A stretch of 64,000 nt of DNA from Bryobacterales bacterium. GTDB taxonomy: Bacteria > Acidobacteriota > Terriglobia > Bryobacterales > UBA6623. Under the pieces are notes generated by a model. That model did not search any database and was not told the origin of the DNA. It was given only the letters and a program-made list of their open reading frames with translations. The stretch lies in the NCBI GenBank assembly GCA_028819215.1, contig JAPPMG010000054.1, positions 14,541-78,540 of the forward strand, given 5' to 3'. The translations under genes and the position numbers were made by a program. Of this stretch, positions 28,213 through 36,630 are shown piece after piece. Numbering within the stretch: position 1 is the stretch's first letter; every line of letters starts with the position of its first letter.

Positions 28213-28250
28213 CTTCTACAGGGAATACGAGTAGCATAGACCTGTAGAAG
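28213..28250. promoter_or_regulatory. candidate PadR operator (paralogous copy): CTTCTACAGG-N18-CCTGTAGAAG
   Basis: Arms at 28213..28222 and 28241..28250 are identical to those at 24719..24756, in the same position relative to the PadR start. Confidence 0.5.
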
Positions 28251-28264
28251 TGAAAGGGGACCTC

Positions 28265-28591
28265 TTGTCGGGCATCGACCTTCCGCAGGGCACATTGGAC
28301 CTGCTGATTCTCAAGACCCTCAACCTCCAGCCGCAGCATGGCTGGGGTATCTCGGAAAGGATCCGACAGATCTCCGATGAAGTTCTCCAAGTCCAACAGG
28401 GATCGCTGTATCCGGCCCTGCATCGGCTGGAACGTCGAGGGTGGATTCGCGCGACATGGGGTGTGTCTGATAACAATCGGCGCGCCAAGTACTACGAGCT
28501 TACGCCCGCAGGGCGGAGCCAACTAGAAAATGCATCCGCCTCATGGCGGAAGCTGTCCGACGCCGTGCAGATCATTCTTGACACGGCCTAG
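28265..28591 (+). CDS. PadR-family transcriptional regulator (copy 2)
   Basis: The track ORF starts at GTG 28250. I prefer the TTG at 28265, which is conserved with copy 1 and has the same AAAGGGGA upstream. The protein is nearly identical to copy 1. Confidence 0.85.
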   Translation: MSGIDLPQGTLDLLILKTLNLQPQHGWGISERIRQISDEVLQVQQGSLYPALHRLERRGWIRATWGVSDNNRRAKYYELTPAGRSQLENASASWRKLSDAVQIILDTA

Positions 28592-28600
28592 CCGGAGGAG

Positions 28601-31273
28601 ATGTTGCTCAGAAACCTGCTTTATCGAGGCCGTGCGCTATTCCAGCGCAAGGTCATGGAGGACGATCTCGATGCAGAGTTGCAATTCCACCTAGACCGAC
28701 TGACGGAACAACATGTTCGCGCCGGAAAAGCGCCAGACGAAGCCCGGCGGCTCTCGAGGATAGCTCTGGGAGGCGTTACTCAGATCAAGGAGCAGTGCCG
28801 TGAGTCCTGGGGAGTGAGCTGGATTCACGCTCTGGCCAGGGATCTCGGCTACGCCTTGGTCCACATGCGTAGATACCCTCGGTCTGCAGCCATGATCGTA
28901 GGCAGCTTGGCGCTCGGAATCGGAATGAGCGTCGCCATGTTTTCGCTGGTGGACGCGGTTCTCCTGCGACCCCTGCCGTTCCCGGATCAGGATTCGATCT
29001 ATGTGATCCAGAAGGCAGATCCTCTCGCGGGAGCCCACGTCGAGGAACTCGCGTACCCGGAGCTTAGCGACCTGCAGGAGAGCATCCCGGGGTTCGAATA
29101 CGTAGCTGTAACGCCAGTGGCTCTCTACGGCAACGCCCGAGTGCTCCAGTCTGGAACGGCCGACCCAGTGCAACTAGAAACAGCCCTCGTGTCGCACGAC
29201 TTCTTCCGAGTTCTGGGTGTCTCGCCACGCATGGGAAGGAATTTCGTAAGTGCCGACGAACGAGTCGGTGCACCACCAGTTGTCGTCGTATCTGATCAAA
29301 CTTGGCGTGATCAATTGGGGGCGGACCCCGGCATCATCGGCCGCACGGTGCGCCTCAATGGTCAGGGCCATACGGTGATCGGTGTCATGGCGACGGGCGT
29401 CGAGTTCCCTCGAGGGGCTGCCCTCTGGATACCGCTAGGGATCGAAGAAGGGATCGTCGAGCGTCGCGGAGCGACTTTCCTGCAAGCGGTGGCGCGTGCC
29501 AAGCCTGACTATTCACGTCAACAGGTCTATAGCGACGTGAGGGCGCTATTCAAGCGACTCGCAGCCGAATACCCGGAAGCGTATTCAAGCTCGCAGCGGG
29601 GAGTGGTGATACCGCTGGTTAACTATTGGACCGGATCGGCAAGGATTCACCTGTGGATCGTCCTCGGGGCCTCTCTGCTTCTGCTGATCGCGTCCGCGAT
29701 CAGCTCGGGGGGAATTCTGCTCTCACGCGCAGTGTCACGCCGTTCCGAAATTGCCACGCATCTCGCGCTCGGAGCTCCGCCGAGACGAGTTCTTGCCCAG
29801 ATGGCCGCCGAGGGTGCAGTCGCGGGAGGCATCGCCGCAATTGCCGGACTGGGAATCGCGTACTTGCTGATTCGCTCCTTGGTGAGATGGCCCCCAGCCG
29901 ATATTCCGCGACTGTCCGAGGCCTCGTTGGATCTGAACTCCTTTTGTTTCGCTGCCGGGGCGGCGGCCTTTGTGGCTGTTGTGTGCTCGCTTGCACCCGG
30001 ATGGGCAGTCTCGAGAACGCGCCTCGAATCCGCAATCAGGGAAGGCGATCCTCGATCTTCGGTGTCGAACCGCGCCAAGCGGGCGCGCGACCTATTCGTT
30101 CTTGCGCAGTCCGCGGTGACCTTCGTGCTGCTGGCAACCGCCGTCCTGCTCGTTCTGAGCTATCGTTCCGTGGCGTTCGTTGAGACCGGTTTCGCGAATC
30201 GCGATGCACTAACGCTGGATGTCTCGCTGAGAGGTCCGGGCGTGTTTCCTGCCCTAGGCTTCGACACCGGTGCGCGGCACGTATTCTATTCGCACCTCTT
30301 GCAACGGTTGCGCGAGGAGCCAGGTGTTACCTCGGCCGGTGCAATCCTACTGCGGCCGCTTGCGGGCCCCATCGGATGGGATATCCCCTATGAATTCGAG
30401 TTCGAGGCGGGCAGTTGGGATGGCAAGCAGCGTCCTAAGGCGAACTACGAGGTCGTAACCGCCGACTACTTCGAGACCGTTGGATCACCGTTGCTGCAAG
30501 GGCGGGACTTCGACAGTCGCGATTCGGAGGAAGCGGAGCCGGTCGCGATTATCAGCGAGACGCTAGCCGACCAAGTGCGATCCGCTGGCCACACGCCCCT
30601 TGGCCATCGCATCCAGGTAGGGAGTGGGAGGCGGGGCTGGAGGCGCATCGTTGGCATCTCTGGAGACGCCCGCTACCGGTCCGGCACTCACTCAGGCGCG
30701 CACATTTTCCTGCCAATCCTACAGGCGAATCAACCGACGCGGCACGTCGTGATTCGCGGCCCCGTGCCTCGTCAGGAGCTCTCGGCGCTGGTACAGCGCG
30801 TTGTGAGGGAAATCGATCCTAGCCAGAATGCGGGCGACCCGCTCACGATCGGTGAACTGATCGATTGGGACACGGCACGACATCGATTCAATGTGATCCT
30901 GCTGCTGTGGTTTGGCGCCTGTGCGGTGATCCTTGCCGTTACTGCGGTCTATAGCGTGATCGCCGAGACGATGGCGGGCCGCCGGACCGAGGTCGCAATC
31001 AAGTCGGCCCTGGGGGCACAGCGAAACCGAGTTGTGCGCGACTTAGTGGTGCGTACCCTACGATTCGCTGTTCTCGGTCTCGTGCTCGGCACCGCGGCTG
31101 TCTCCTCGTTTGGCAGCCTTAGTCTGGATGTGTTTCGCGGCACTTCCGCACAGGACCCGATTGTCCTGATCTCAGTAGTGGCCTTCCTCTTTGTTGTTTC
31201 TCTGGGCGCCGCCGTCTGGCCGGCCTGGCACGCAACGCGAGACTGTCGCCGCACCTTGCTTCGTGAGAGCTAG
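28601..31273 (+). CDS. duplicated FtsX/MacB-type permease, ADOP family (copy 2)
   Basis: 890-aa ORF with an ATG start after GGAGGAG. It is collinear with copy 1, has no indels, and most residues are identical. Confidence 0.88.
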   Translation: MLLRNLLYRGRALFQRKVMEDDLDAELQFHLDRLTEQHVRAGKAPDEARRLSRIALGGVTQIKEQCRESWGVSWIHALARDLGYALVHMRRYPRSAAMIVGSLALGIGMSVAMFSLVDAVLLRPLPFPDQDSIYVIQKADPLAGAHVEELAYPELSDLQESIPGFEYVAVTPVALYGNARVLQSGTADPVQLETALVSHDFFRVLGVSPRMGRNFVSADERVGAPPVVVVSDQTWRDQLGADPGIIGRTVRLNGQGHTVIGVMATGVEFPRGAALWIPLGIEEGIVERRGATFLQAVARAKPDYSRQQVYSDVRALFKRLAAEYPEAYSSSQRGVVIPLVNYWTGSARIHLWIVLGASLLLLIASAISSGGILLSRAVSRRSEIATHLALGAPPRRVLAQMAAEGAVAGGIAAIAGLGIAYLLIRSLVRWPPADIPRLSEASLDLNSFCFAAGAAAFVAVVCSLAPGWAVSRTRLESAIREGDPRSSVSNRAKRARDLFVLAQSAVTFVLLATAVLLVLSYRSVAFVETGFANRDALTLDVSLRGPGVFPALGFDTGARHVFYSHLLQRLREEPGVTSAGAILLRPLAGPIGWDIPYEFEFEAGSWDGKQRPKANYEVVTADYFETVGSPLLQGRDFDSRDSEEAEPVAIISETLADQVRSAGHTPLGHRIQVGSGRRGWRRIVGISGDARYRSGTHSGAHIFLPILQANQPTRHVVIRGPVPRQELSALVQRVVREIDPSQNAGDPLTIGELIDWDTARHRFNVILLLWFGACAVILAVTAVYSVIAETMAGRRTEVAIKSALGAQRNRVVRDLVVRTLRFAVLGLVLGTAAVSSFGSLSLDVFRGTSAQDPIVLISVVAFLFVVSLGAAVWPAWHATRDCRRTLLRES

Positions 31274-31585
31274 CTGCCTGCAATGCGCCAGCATCCGCAT
31301 CACCATCGCCTCGAATCAGAATCCGCGCTGATGGCTCACCAAGGGGATCGCTACAGCTACCCTCCTCAGGACTTGTGGCCGGTCGTACGTCCGCAGGTCG
31401 GTTCCTTCTCGTATGCTGAATCCGTGGGCAAGTCTGAGCACGGCGTCGCCCTAGCAGCTCTTGGCGGAGCCATTGAGTCAGCGACAAGCTTGGTCGGCTG
31501 GTTGGTTGCAACGCGCCTGACTGCCTCGACCGGGATTGGCTCGTCTTCCATGCTCGCGCTGGGCTTGGCCTAGGAGAACCGTAAC

Positions 31586-32839
31586 TTGGACAAGGCACGC
31601 ATCGGATACGCCCGGAGGAAGCGCATCCGGCGGATCGTCTTGGGATCCGTTGCGGGAACGGCATTCTTGGCAGTTGCTTGGGTGGTGTCCCGCATCGAGC
31701 CGGCAGCTCCTGGCGTGGATGCTGCTGCGGTCTTCACCGACACCGTCGAGCGTGGCGAGATGCTACGGCAGGTTCGGGGCATCGGAACGCTCGTGCCCGA
31801 GGCTGTGGTCGTGATCGCCGCAAGCGATGCTGGGCGCGTCGAGCGACGCCTCGTCCAGCCCGGTCAGTCTGTAAAACCGGGCACTGTGCTGCTCGAACTC
31901 AGCAGTCCGCAGGTCGAGCAGGAATACCTCGACGCCGAGGCTCAACTCAAGGAAGCCGAGGCCGACCTTGCCAACCTCCGGGCGCAGCTCGAGGACCAGC
32001 GTCTCACCCAGGAGTCAGTGACCGCCGACGTGGAAGGGCAGTACCTTCAGGCCAAGGCGCAGTACGAGGCTGACCTCGCACTCTCGGAGGAGGGTCTGAC
32101 GGATCAGGTCACCCTGATGAAGTCGCGCGTCTCGATGGAACACCTGCGCAAGCAGTTCCAGTTGGAGCGCGCCCGGGAGGACGCCCGCAAGCCCTCGGTA
32201 GACGCACAGCTGACGGCGCAGAGGGCCCGCATCGCACAGATGGAAGCACTCGTGGCGCTGCGCGAAGAAAAGGTCGACCGACTCAGGGTTCGGGCCGGGA
32301 TGAACGGGGTCCTCCAGCTCATGGATGTTGAGGTCGGACAGCTGGTCGCCCCTGGCGACGAGCTGGCACGAGTGTCCGATCCGACGCACCTCAAGGCGGA
32401 GCTCAAGATCCCGGAGACACTGGTGAATGACGTGGCCGTCGGGCAGCGGGCGGAGGTCGACACCCGGAACGGGGTGATCGAGGGGGTGGTCTCGCGCATC
32501 GATCCGGCCGCGATCGAAGGGACCGTACTGGTTGACATCAGGCTGCTCGGCGAAATGCCCCGAGGCGCCCGGCCCGACCTTAGCGTGGACGGGACGATCG
32601 AACTCGAGCGGCTCGAGAATGTACTGCACGTGGGTCGCCCCATCCATGCCAGGGAGGAGAGCCTCATGGGACTCTTCAAGCTGGAAGAAGACCAAGCCCA
32701 CGCCTCGCGCGTCCAAGTTCAGGTGGGCAAGGTATCAGTCAGCACGATCGAAGTACGTTCCGGCCTGAGCGAGGGCGACAATGTGGTCTTATCCGACATG
32801 TCTGCGTGGGACGCCTACGACAGGATCCGGCTCGAATAG
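31586..32839 (+). CDS. HlyD/MacA-type periplasmic adaptor (membrane fusion protein)
   Basis: 417-aa ORF with a TTG start 9 nt after AGGAG. It has an N-terminal TM anchor, a lipoyl/hairpin region (VKPGTVLLELSSPQVEQEYLDAEAQLKEAEADLANLRAQLE), and beta-barrel and membrane-proximal regions. Confidence 0.88.
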   Translation: MDKARIGYARRKRIRRIVLGSVAGTAFLAVAWVVSRIEPAAPGVDAAAVFTDTVERGEMLRQVRGIGTLVPEAVVVIAASDAGRVERRLVQPGQSVKPGTVLLELSSPQVEQEYLDAEAQLKEAEADLANLRAQLEDQRLTQESVTADVEGQYLQAKAQYEADLALSEEGLTDQVTLMKSRVSMEHLRKQFQLERAREDARKPSVDAQLTAQRARIAQMEALVALREEKVDRLRVRAGMNGVLQLMDVEVGQLVAPGDELARVSDPTHLKAELKIPETLVNDVAVGQRAEVDTRNGVIEGVVSRIDPAAIEGTVLVDIRLLGEMPRGARPDLSVDGTIELERLENVLHVGRPIHAREESLMGLFKLEEDQAHASRVQVQVGKVSVSTIEVRSGLSEGDNVVLSDMSAWDAYDRIRLE

Positions 32840-32879
32840 GCAGCCAGTTTCGCATCAAAAGGAGACGTGAAGTCAGACA

Positions 32880-33572
32880 ATGGCAGATTCTACAAACGGC
32901 AGTGCACCACTTATCCGCTTGGAGGGTGTGTCGAAGGTATTCTTCACCGATGAGGTGGAGACGCACGCGCTTTCGGGCATCGACTTCGAGATCCGTGATG
33001 GCGAATACATCGCGATCTCGGGTCCCTCGGGCTGCGGCAAGTCGACGCTGCTGTCGATTCTCGGATTGCTCGACACCCCCACCGCTGGCGTGTACCGGCT
33101 GAACGGCGAGTCAGTCGAGGATCTGAATGCCAGGCAGCGGGCCCGCATCCGGAACCGCCAGATCGGCTTCATCTTCCAGGCGTTCAACCTGATCGGTGAC
33201 CTGACGGTGTTCGAGAACGTCGAACTGCCACTCACCTATCGGGGGATGCCGTCTTCCGAACGCAAGAAGCGGGTGGAGGATGCCCTGGAACGCGTCGGTA
33301 TGGCGCACCGCATGAAGCACTACCCCTCGCAGCTGTCGGGCGGGCAGCAGCAGAGAGTCGCGGTGGCCAGGGCCCTCGGAGGAGATCCGTCGGTGCTGCT
33401 GGCTGACGAGCCGACAGGGAATCTGGACTCGAAAAACGGCGAGGCCGTGATGGACCTGCTCCAAGACGTCCATCAGGGCGGGGCCACTATCTGCATGGTG
33501 ACCCACGACCCGCGGTTCGAGGCCCGCGCAAAGAAAGTAGTGCGCCTGTTCGACGGGAAGATCGTCGAATAG
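32880..33572 (+). CDS. stand-alone ABC transporter ATP-binding protein, MacB/LolD type
   Basis: 230-aa ORF with Walker A GPSGCGKST, Q-loop, signature LSGGQQQRVAVARAL, Walker B VLLADEPTGNLD and H-loop MVTHD. Confidence 0.93.
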   Translation: MADSTNGSAPLIRLEGVSKVFFTDEVETHALSGIDFEIRDGEYIAISGPSGCGKSTLLSILGLLDTPTAGVYRLNGESVEDLNARQRARIRNRQIGFIFQAFNLIGDLTVFENVELPLTYRGMPSSERKKRVEDALERVGMAHRMKHYPSQLSGGQQQRVAVARALGGDPSVLLADEPTGNLDSKNGEAVMDLLQDVHQGGATICMVTHDPRFEARAKKVVRLFDGKIVE

Positions 33573-33903
33573 GGGCTCGGTGGCTGGTGGTGAGATCTGC
33601 CCTCGCCCAGCATCCCCCAGAATGAGACTAGTGACGACGATTGGGAGGTGGCTGGACTGAGTTCAGGGTCGGTTCTGGGTCTGCATAGCGGGCTCGAAGA
33701 CCGCAAGGCCGACGGCATCCTTGAACGCTGGCGCATTGTGGCGCCGATTTGATCGCGGCTCGGCCATCTCCGCAAGAAGTCCGCCTTTATGTCACGCCGG
33801 CTATCCAGTTCTCGAAGCCAGTTGGCCGAAGTGCCAGACATTCCAAGAACGTTCCAGATCGGACGGAATCCACGGCTGGGATCCGGGCACCCTAGTTGAG
33901 TTC

Positions 33904-36330
33904 ATGCGACCGCCGTTGTCGGCTTGGAGGGGTTCGGTGGGGTCTTTGCGCGCAACTTTGTTGCGAGAGCGTTGTCGGGCAGCCGCACTGCATGTGGTCT
34001 TGGTGTTCTGTGCCGTCGCTAGCGCCCAGGACACGGTCGGAACGGGGGTAGTCCGCGGCGAAGTCGTCCGGAGTGACGGTACTCCGGGAGAGTTCCTTCA
34101 GGTCTGTATCGCAGGCACCGGTCTGTGCTCCCCCAGTGACCAGAGCGGCCGGTTCGCTCCAATCGACGCACGGCCGGGACTGGTCCAGCTCGAGGTCAGG
34201 ATCGAATCGGGCGGGACCTTGCTGAGCGGGACTGTGCAAGTCCGGGCGGGGCAGACCAGTGAGGTTCGCTTGGAACTGCCGGACGTGGCTACCGTCGAGA
34301 CATCGGTGGCCGTCAGCGCTGCCGCACTACCCGTGCCGGACGAAGTTGTCAGCTCGGGGGTTTCCATCCAGAATCGCGAGATCGCCAAGACCGCGGGGAC
34401 CCTTGAGGATGTTTCAAGGTACGTCTCGACTCTCCCAGGAGTCGTAACCGGTTCCGCTGATTTCAGGAACGACATCATCGTCCGTGGCGGAAGCCCTCTC
34501 GAAAACCTCTTCGTCGTAGACAACATCGAAATCCCGAATATCAACTCGTTTGCGAATCTCGCTTCCGCCGGAGGCACTGTCAGCCTTCTAGACGTTCAGC
34601 TCATTGAAGATGTGACGTTCCTCACCGGGGGCTATCCCGCGCCGTACATCAATCGCCTCTCGAGCGTCATGCAGGTTGCGCAGCGAGAAGGCAGCCGAGA
34701 CAGGTTCCGCGCGCGTGCGACGCTCGCATACGCCGGTGCCGGCGGCGTGGTGGAAGGGCCGTGGGCCCGGGGAAAGGGGTCTTGGATCGTCTCGGCGCGT
34801 CGGAGCTTTCTGGATCTCTTCACCGACGACATCGGTTTCGGCGGTGTGCCCGTCTTCTACTCGTTTACCGGCAAGGCAGTTCGGGACTTCGGGAACTTCG
34901 ACCGGATATGGGTGACCAGTATCACGGGCATCGATTCGATTCGACTGGGCCTGACAGAGAACACCGAACCCGATGAATCGCTCGGGGCGTTCGACATCCG
35001 ATACGCCGGTCGCCGGAACGCGACAGGCTTCAATTGGCAGCGGATCCTCGGAACACGAGGGGTCGGACTGCTTGGTCTCACTCACTCGAGCGCGACGGTA
35101 GACTCCACAGTCAAGGATCTTGTCCGGTCTGGCCCCATCCCGTCCGAGCTGTCGGCAGGGCAGGCTATCGCCGCCGGAGCCGTGACGTTCCGACAGGACT
35201 CGTCAGAGGACGAAACCACGATCAAGTACGACCTGACGATTCATGCGGGACGCGCTGGAGAATACCGTGTCGGCGGGGCTCAGAAGTTCTTCGTCAATGA
35301 CTACGTCACCCTCTCACCGCTCGGGTACGACGGTCCGTTCGCCGTCGTCCCCGACTTGAACCCGATCGACTTGCGCGAGAGGTTCACCGCGACGCAAGGC
35401 AGCGCCTATTTCCAAGGCACCCACAAGTTTGGCCGGCGAATGCGATTCACCGTGGGTGGCAGATTCGACAAGTACGCGCAATTCGGTGTGTCAAACGTGC
35501 GCATGAGCCCCAGGGCTGGAGTTTCGGTAGCAATCGCAGAGAACCTTTCCTGGAACGCCAGCTGGGGAATCTACCACCAACTCCCGGTCTACCTGTTTCT
35601 GGCTGCGTTTCCGGAGAACAGATCTCTGATTCCCGCCAGATCGGACCACTGGATCAGTGGGCTGTCTTGGACGCCAAAGCGGAACCTCCGGGTGACGCTC
35701 GAGGCGTATTCCAAGCGCTACAAGGACTATTCGGTCGCAACGCAGTTCCCGGCGCTGTCGTTGGCGAACGTCGGCGACACCTTCGATGTCCGTGACATCT
35801 TGTACCCGATGACCAGCGCGGGCCGCGGCAGGGTCCACGGCGTCGAGCTGTTCGCGGAGAAGAAGTTCTCCGAAAAGTGGTTTGGACAGCTCAACGTGGC
35901 GTATTCCAGGGCGCGCCACGCCGGACTGGACGGCAAGCTGCGCCCCGGGGCGTTCGACAGGCCGTTCGCCTTCAATGCCGTTGGTGGCCGTCGCATTGGT
36001 CAGAAGTGGGAAGTGGCGTTCCGAACGGCTTACCTGACAGGCAGGCCCTACACGCCGTTCGACATCGAGCTCTCGGAGTCGCAACGCCGCGGAGTGTTCG
36101 ATCTGGACCGAGTGAACACGATGCGCTACATCCCGTTCTTCACACTGGACTTGAGGCTCGACCGCACGTTCTTGGTCCGGGATCGAGAGGTCGTTGTATA
36201 TGCCGGCCTCCAGAACGTGACCGGGCGCAGGAACCAGACCACCCTGCTGTGGAATCGTGTGACAAACAGCCCGCGGTTTCCGACTGGGCTTTCCCGGTTT
36301 CTCATCGTTGGCTGGGAGTGGAACTTCTAG
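33904..36330 (+). CDS. TonB-dependent receptor-like outer-membrane barrel with N-terminal carboxypeptidase-regulatory-like domain
   Basis: Track ORF trimmed to ATG 33904 (signal AALHVVLVFCAVASAQD). The CarboxypepD_reg-like region reads VVRGEVVRSDGTPGEF...SGRFAPIDARPG. The plug reads LEDVSRYVSTLPGVVTGSADFRNDIIVRGGSPLENLFVVDNIEI. The C-terminus ends in an aromatic residue (...GWEWNF). Confidence 0.8.
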   Translation: MRPPLSAWRGSVGSLRATLLRERCRAAALHVVLVFCAVASAQDTVGTGVVRGEVVRSDGTPGEFLQVCIAGTGLCSPSDQSGRFAPIDARPGLVQLEVRIESGGTLLSGTVQVRAGQTSEVRLELPDVATVETSVAVSAAALPVPDEVVSSGVSIQNREIAKTAGTLEDVSRYVSTLPGVVTGSADFRNDIIVRGGSPLENLFVVDNIEIPNINSFANLASAGGTVSLLDVQLIEDVTFLTGGYPAPYINRLSSVMQVAQREGSRDRFRARATLAYAGAGGVVEGPWARGKGSWIVSARRSFLDLFTDDIGFGGVPVFYSFTGKAVRDFGNFDRIWVTSITGIDSIRLGLTENTEPDESLGAFDIRYAGRRNATGFNWQRILGTRGVGLLGLTHSSATVDSTVKDLVRSGPIPSELSAGQAIAAGAVTFRQDSSEDETTIKYDLTIHAGRAGEYRVGGAQKFFVNDYVTLSPLGYDGPFAVVPDLNPIDLRERFTATQGSAYFQGTHKFGRRMRFTVGGRFDKYAQFGVSNVRMSPRAGVSVAIAENLSWNASWGIYHQLPVYLFLAAFPENRSLIPARSDHWISGLSWTPKRNLRVTLEAYSKRYKDYSVATQFPALSLANVGDTFDVRDILYPMTSAGRGRVHGVELFAEKKFSEKWFGQLNVAYSRARHAGLDGKLRPGAFDRPFAFNAVGGRRIGQKWEVAFRTAYLTGRPYTPFDIELSESQRRGVFDLDRVNTMRYIPFFTLDLRLDRTFLVRDREVVVYAGLQNVTGRRNQTTLLWNRVTNSPRFPTGLSRFLIVGWEWNF

Positions 36331-36630
36331 GCCAGCGGAGTCGTTGGACACGACCCAGAATCGGCTGCGCTGCGCTTCGCACGCATTGCCATACCTGATT
36401 ACCTATCAACAGCATCCTTGCCTGCGGCCGAACGAGGGACGGCTTCGGCCCTAGCAGCTTGGGGCACAAATCGATGGTCGCGTGGTCTTCATATGTGAAA
36501 GGCACTCGGTGCCCGCTGGGACGGCTTCTGTTCCACCAAATCAGTCCTGTGCGAGGTTCGAATAGCCATTCGCGGCCTGCAGTGGTGTGGTTCTGAACCG
36601 ATCGGCCCGCTTAGCTCTTGCCTCAAACTG

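Larger units (their letters stand above)
23683..31466 (+). repeat. tandem segmental duplication, two units of about 4.3 and 3.5 kb: [AbiEi 3' end - AbiEii - PadR - ADOP - tail] x2, with AbiEii deleted from unit 2
   Basis: Collinear nucleotide similarity read by eye between 23683..27975 and 27981..31466. Both permeases are exactly 890 codons and both PadR genes are 109 codons. The AbiEi 3' end and the AbiEii first codons recur at 27981..28183. Confidence 0.75.

Noticed and set aside
36545-36580. GAGGTTCGAAT resembling a tRNA T-arm, possibly a tRNA fragment or att site.
   Set aside because: The flanking bases cannot form a T-stem or an acceptor stem, and similarity to the tRNA-Ala 3' end is limited to about 11 nt.
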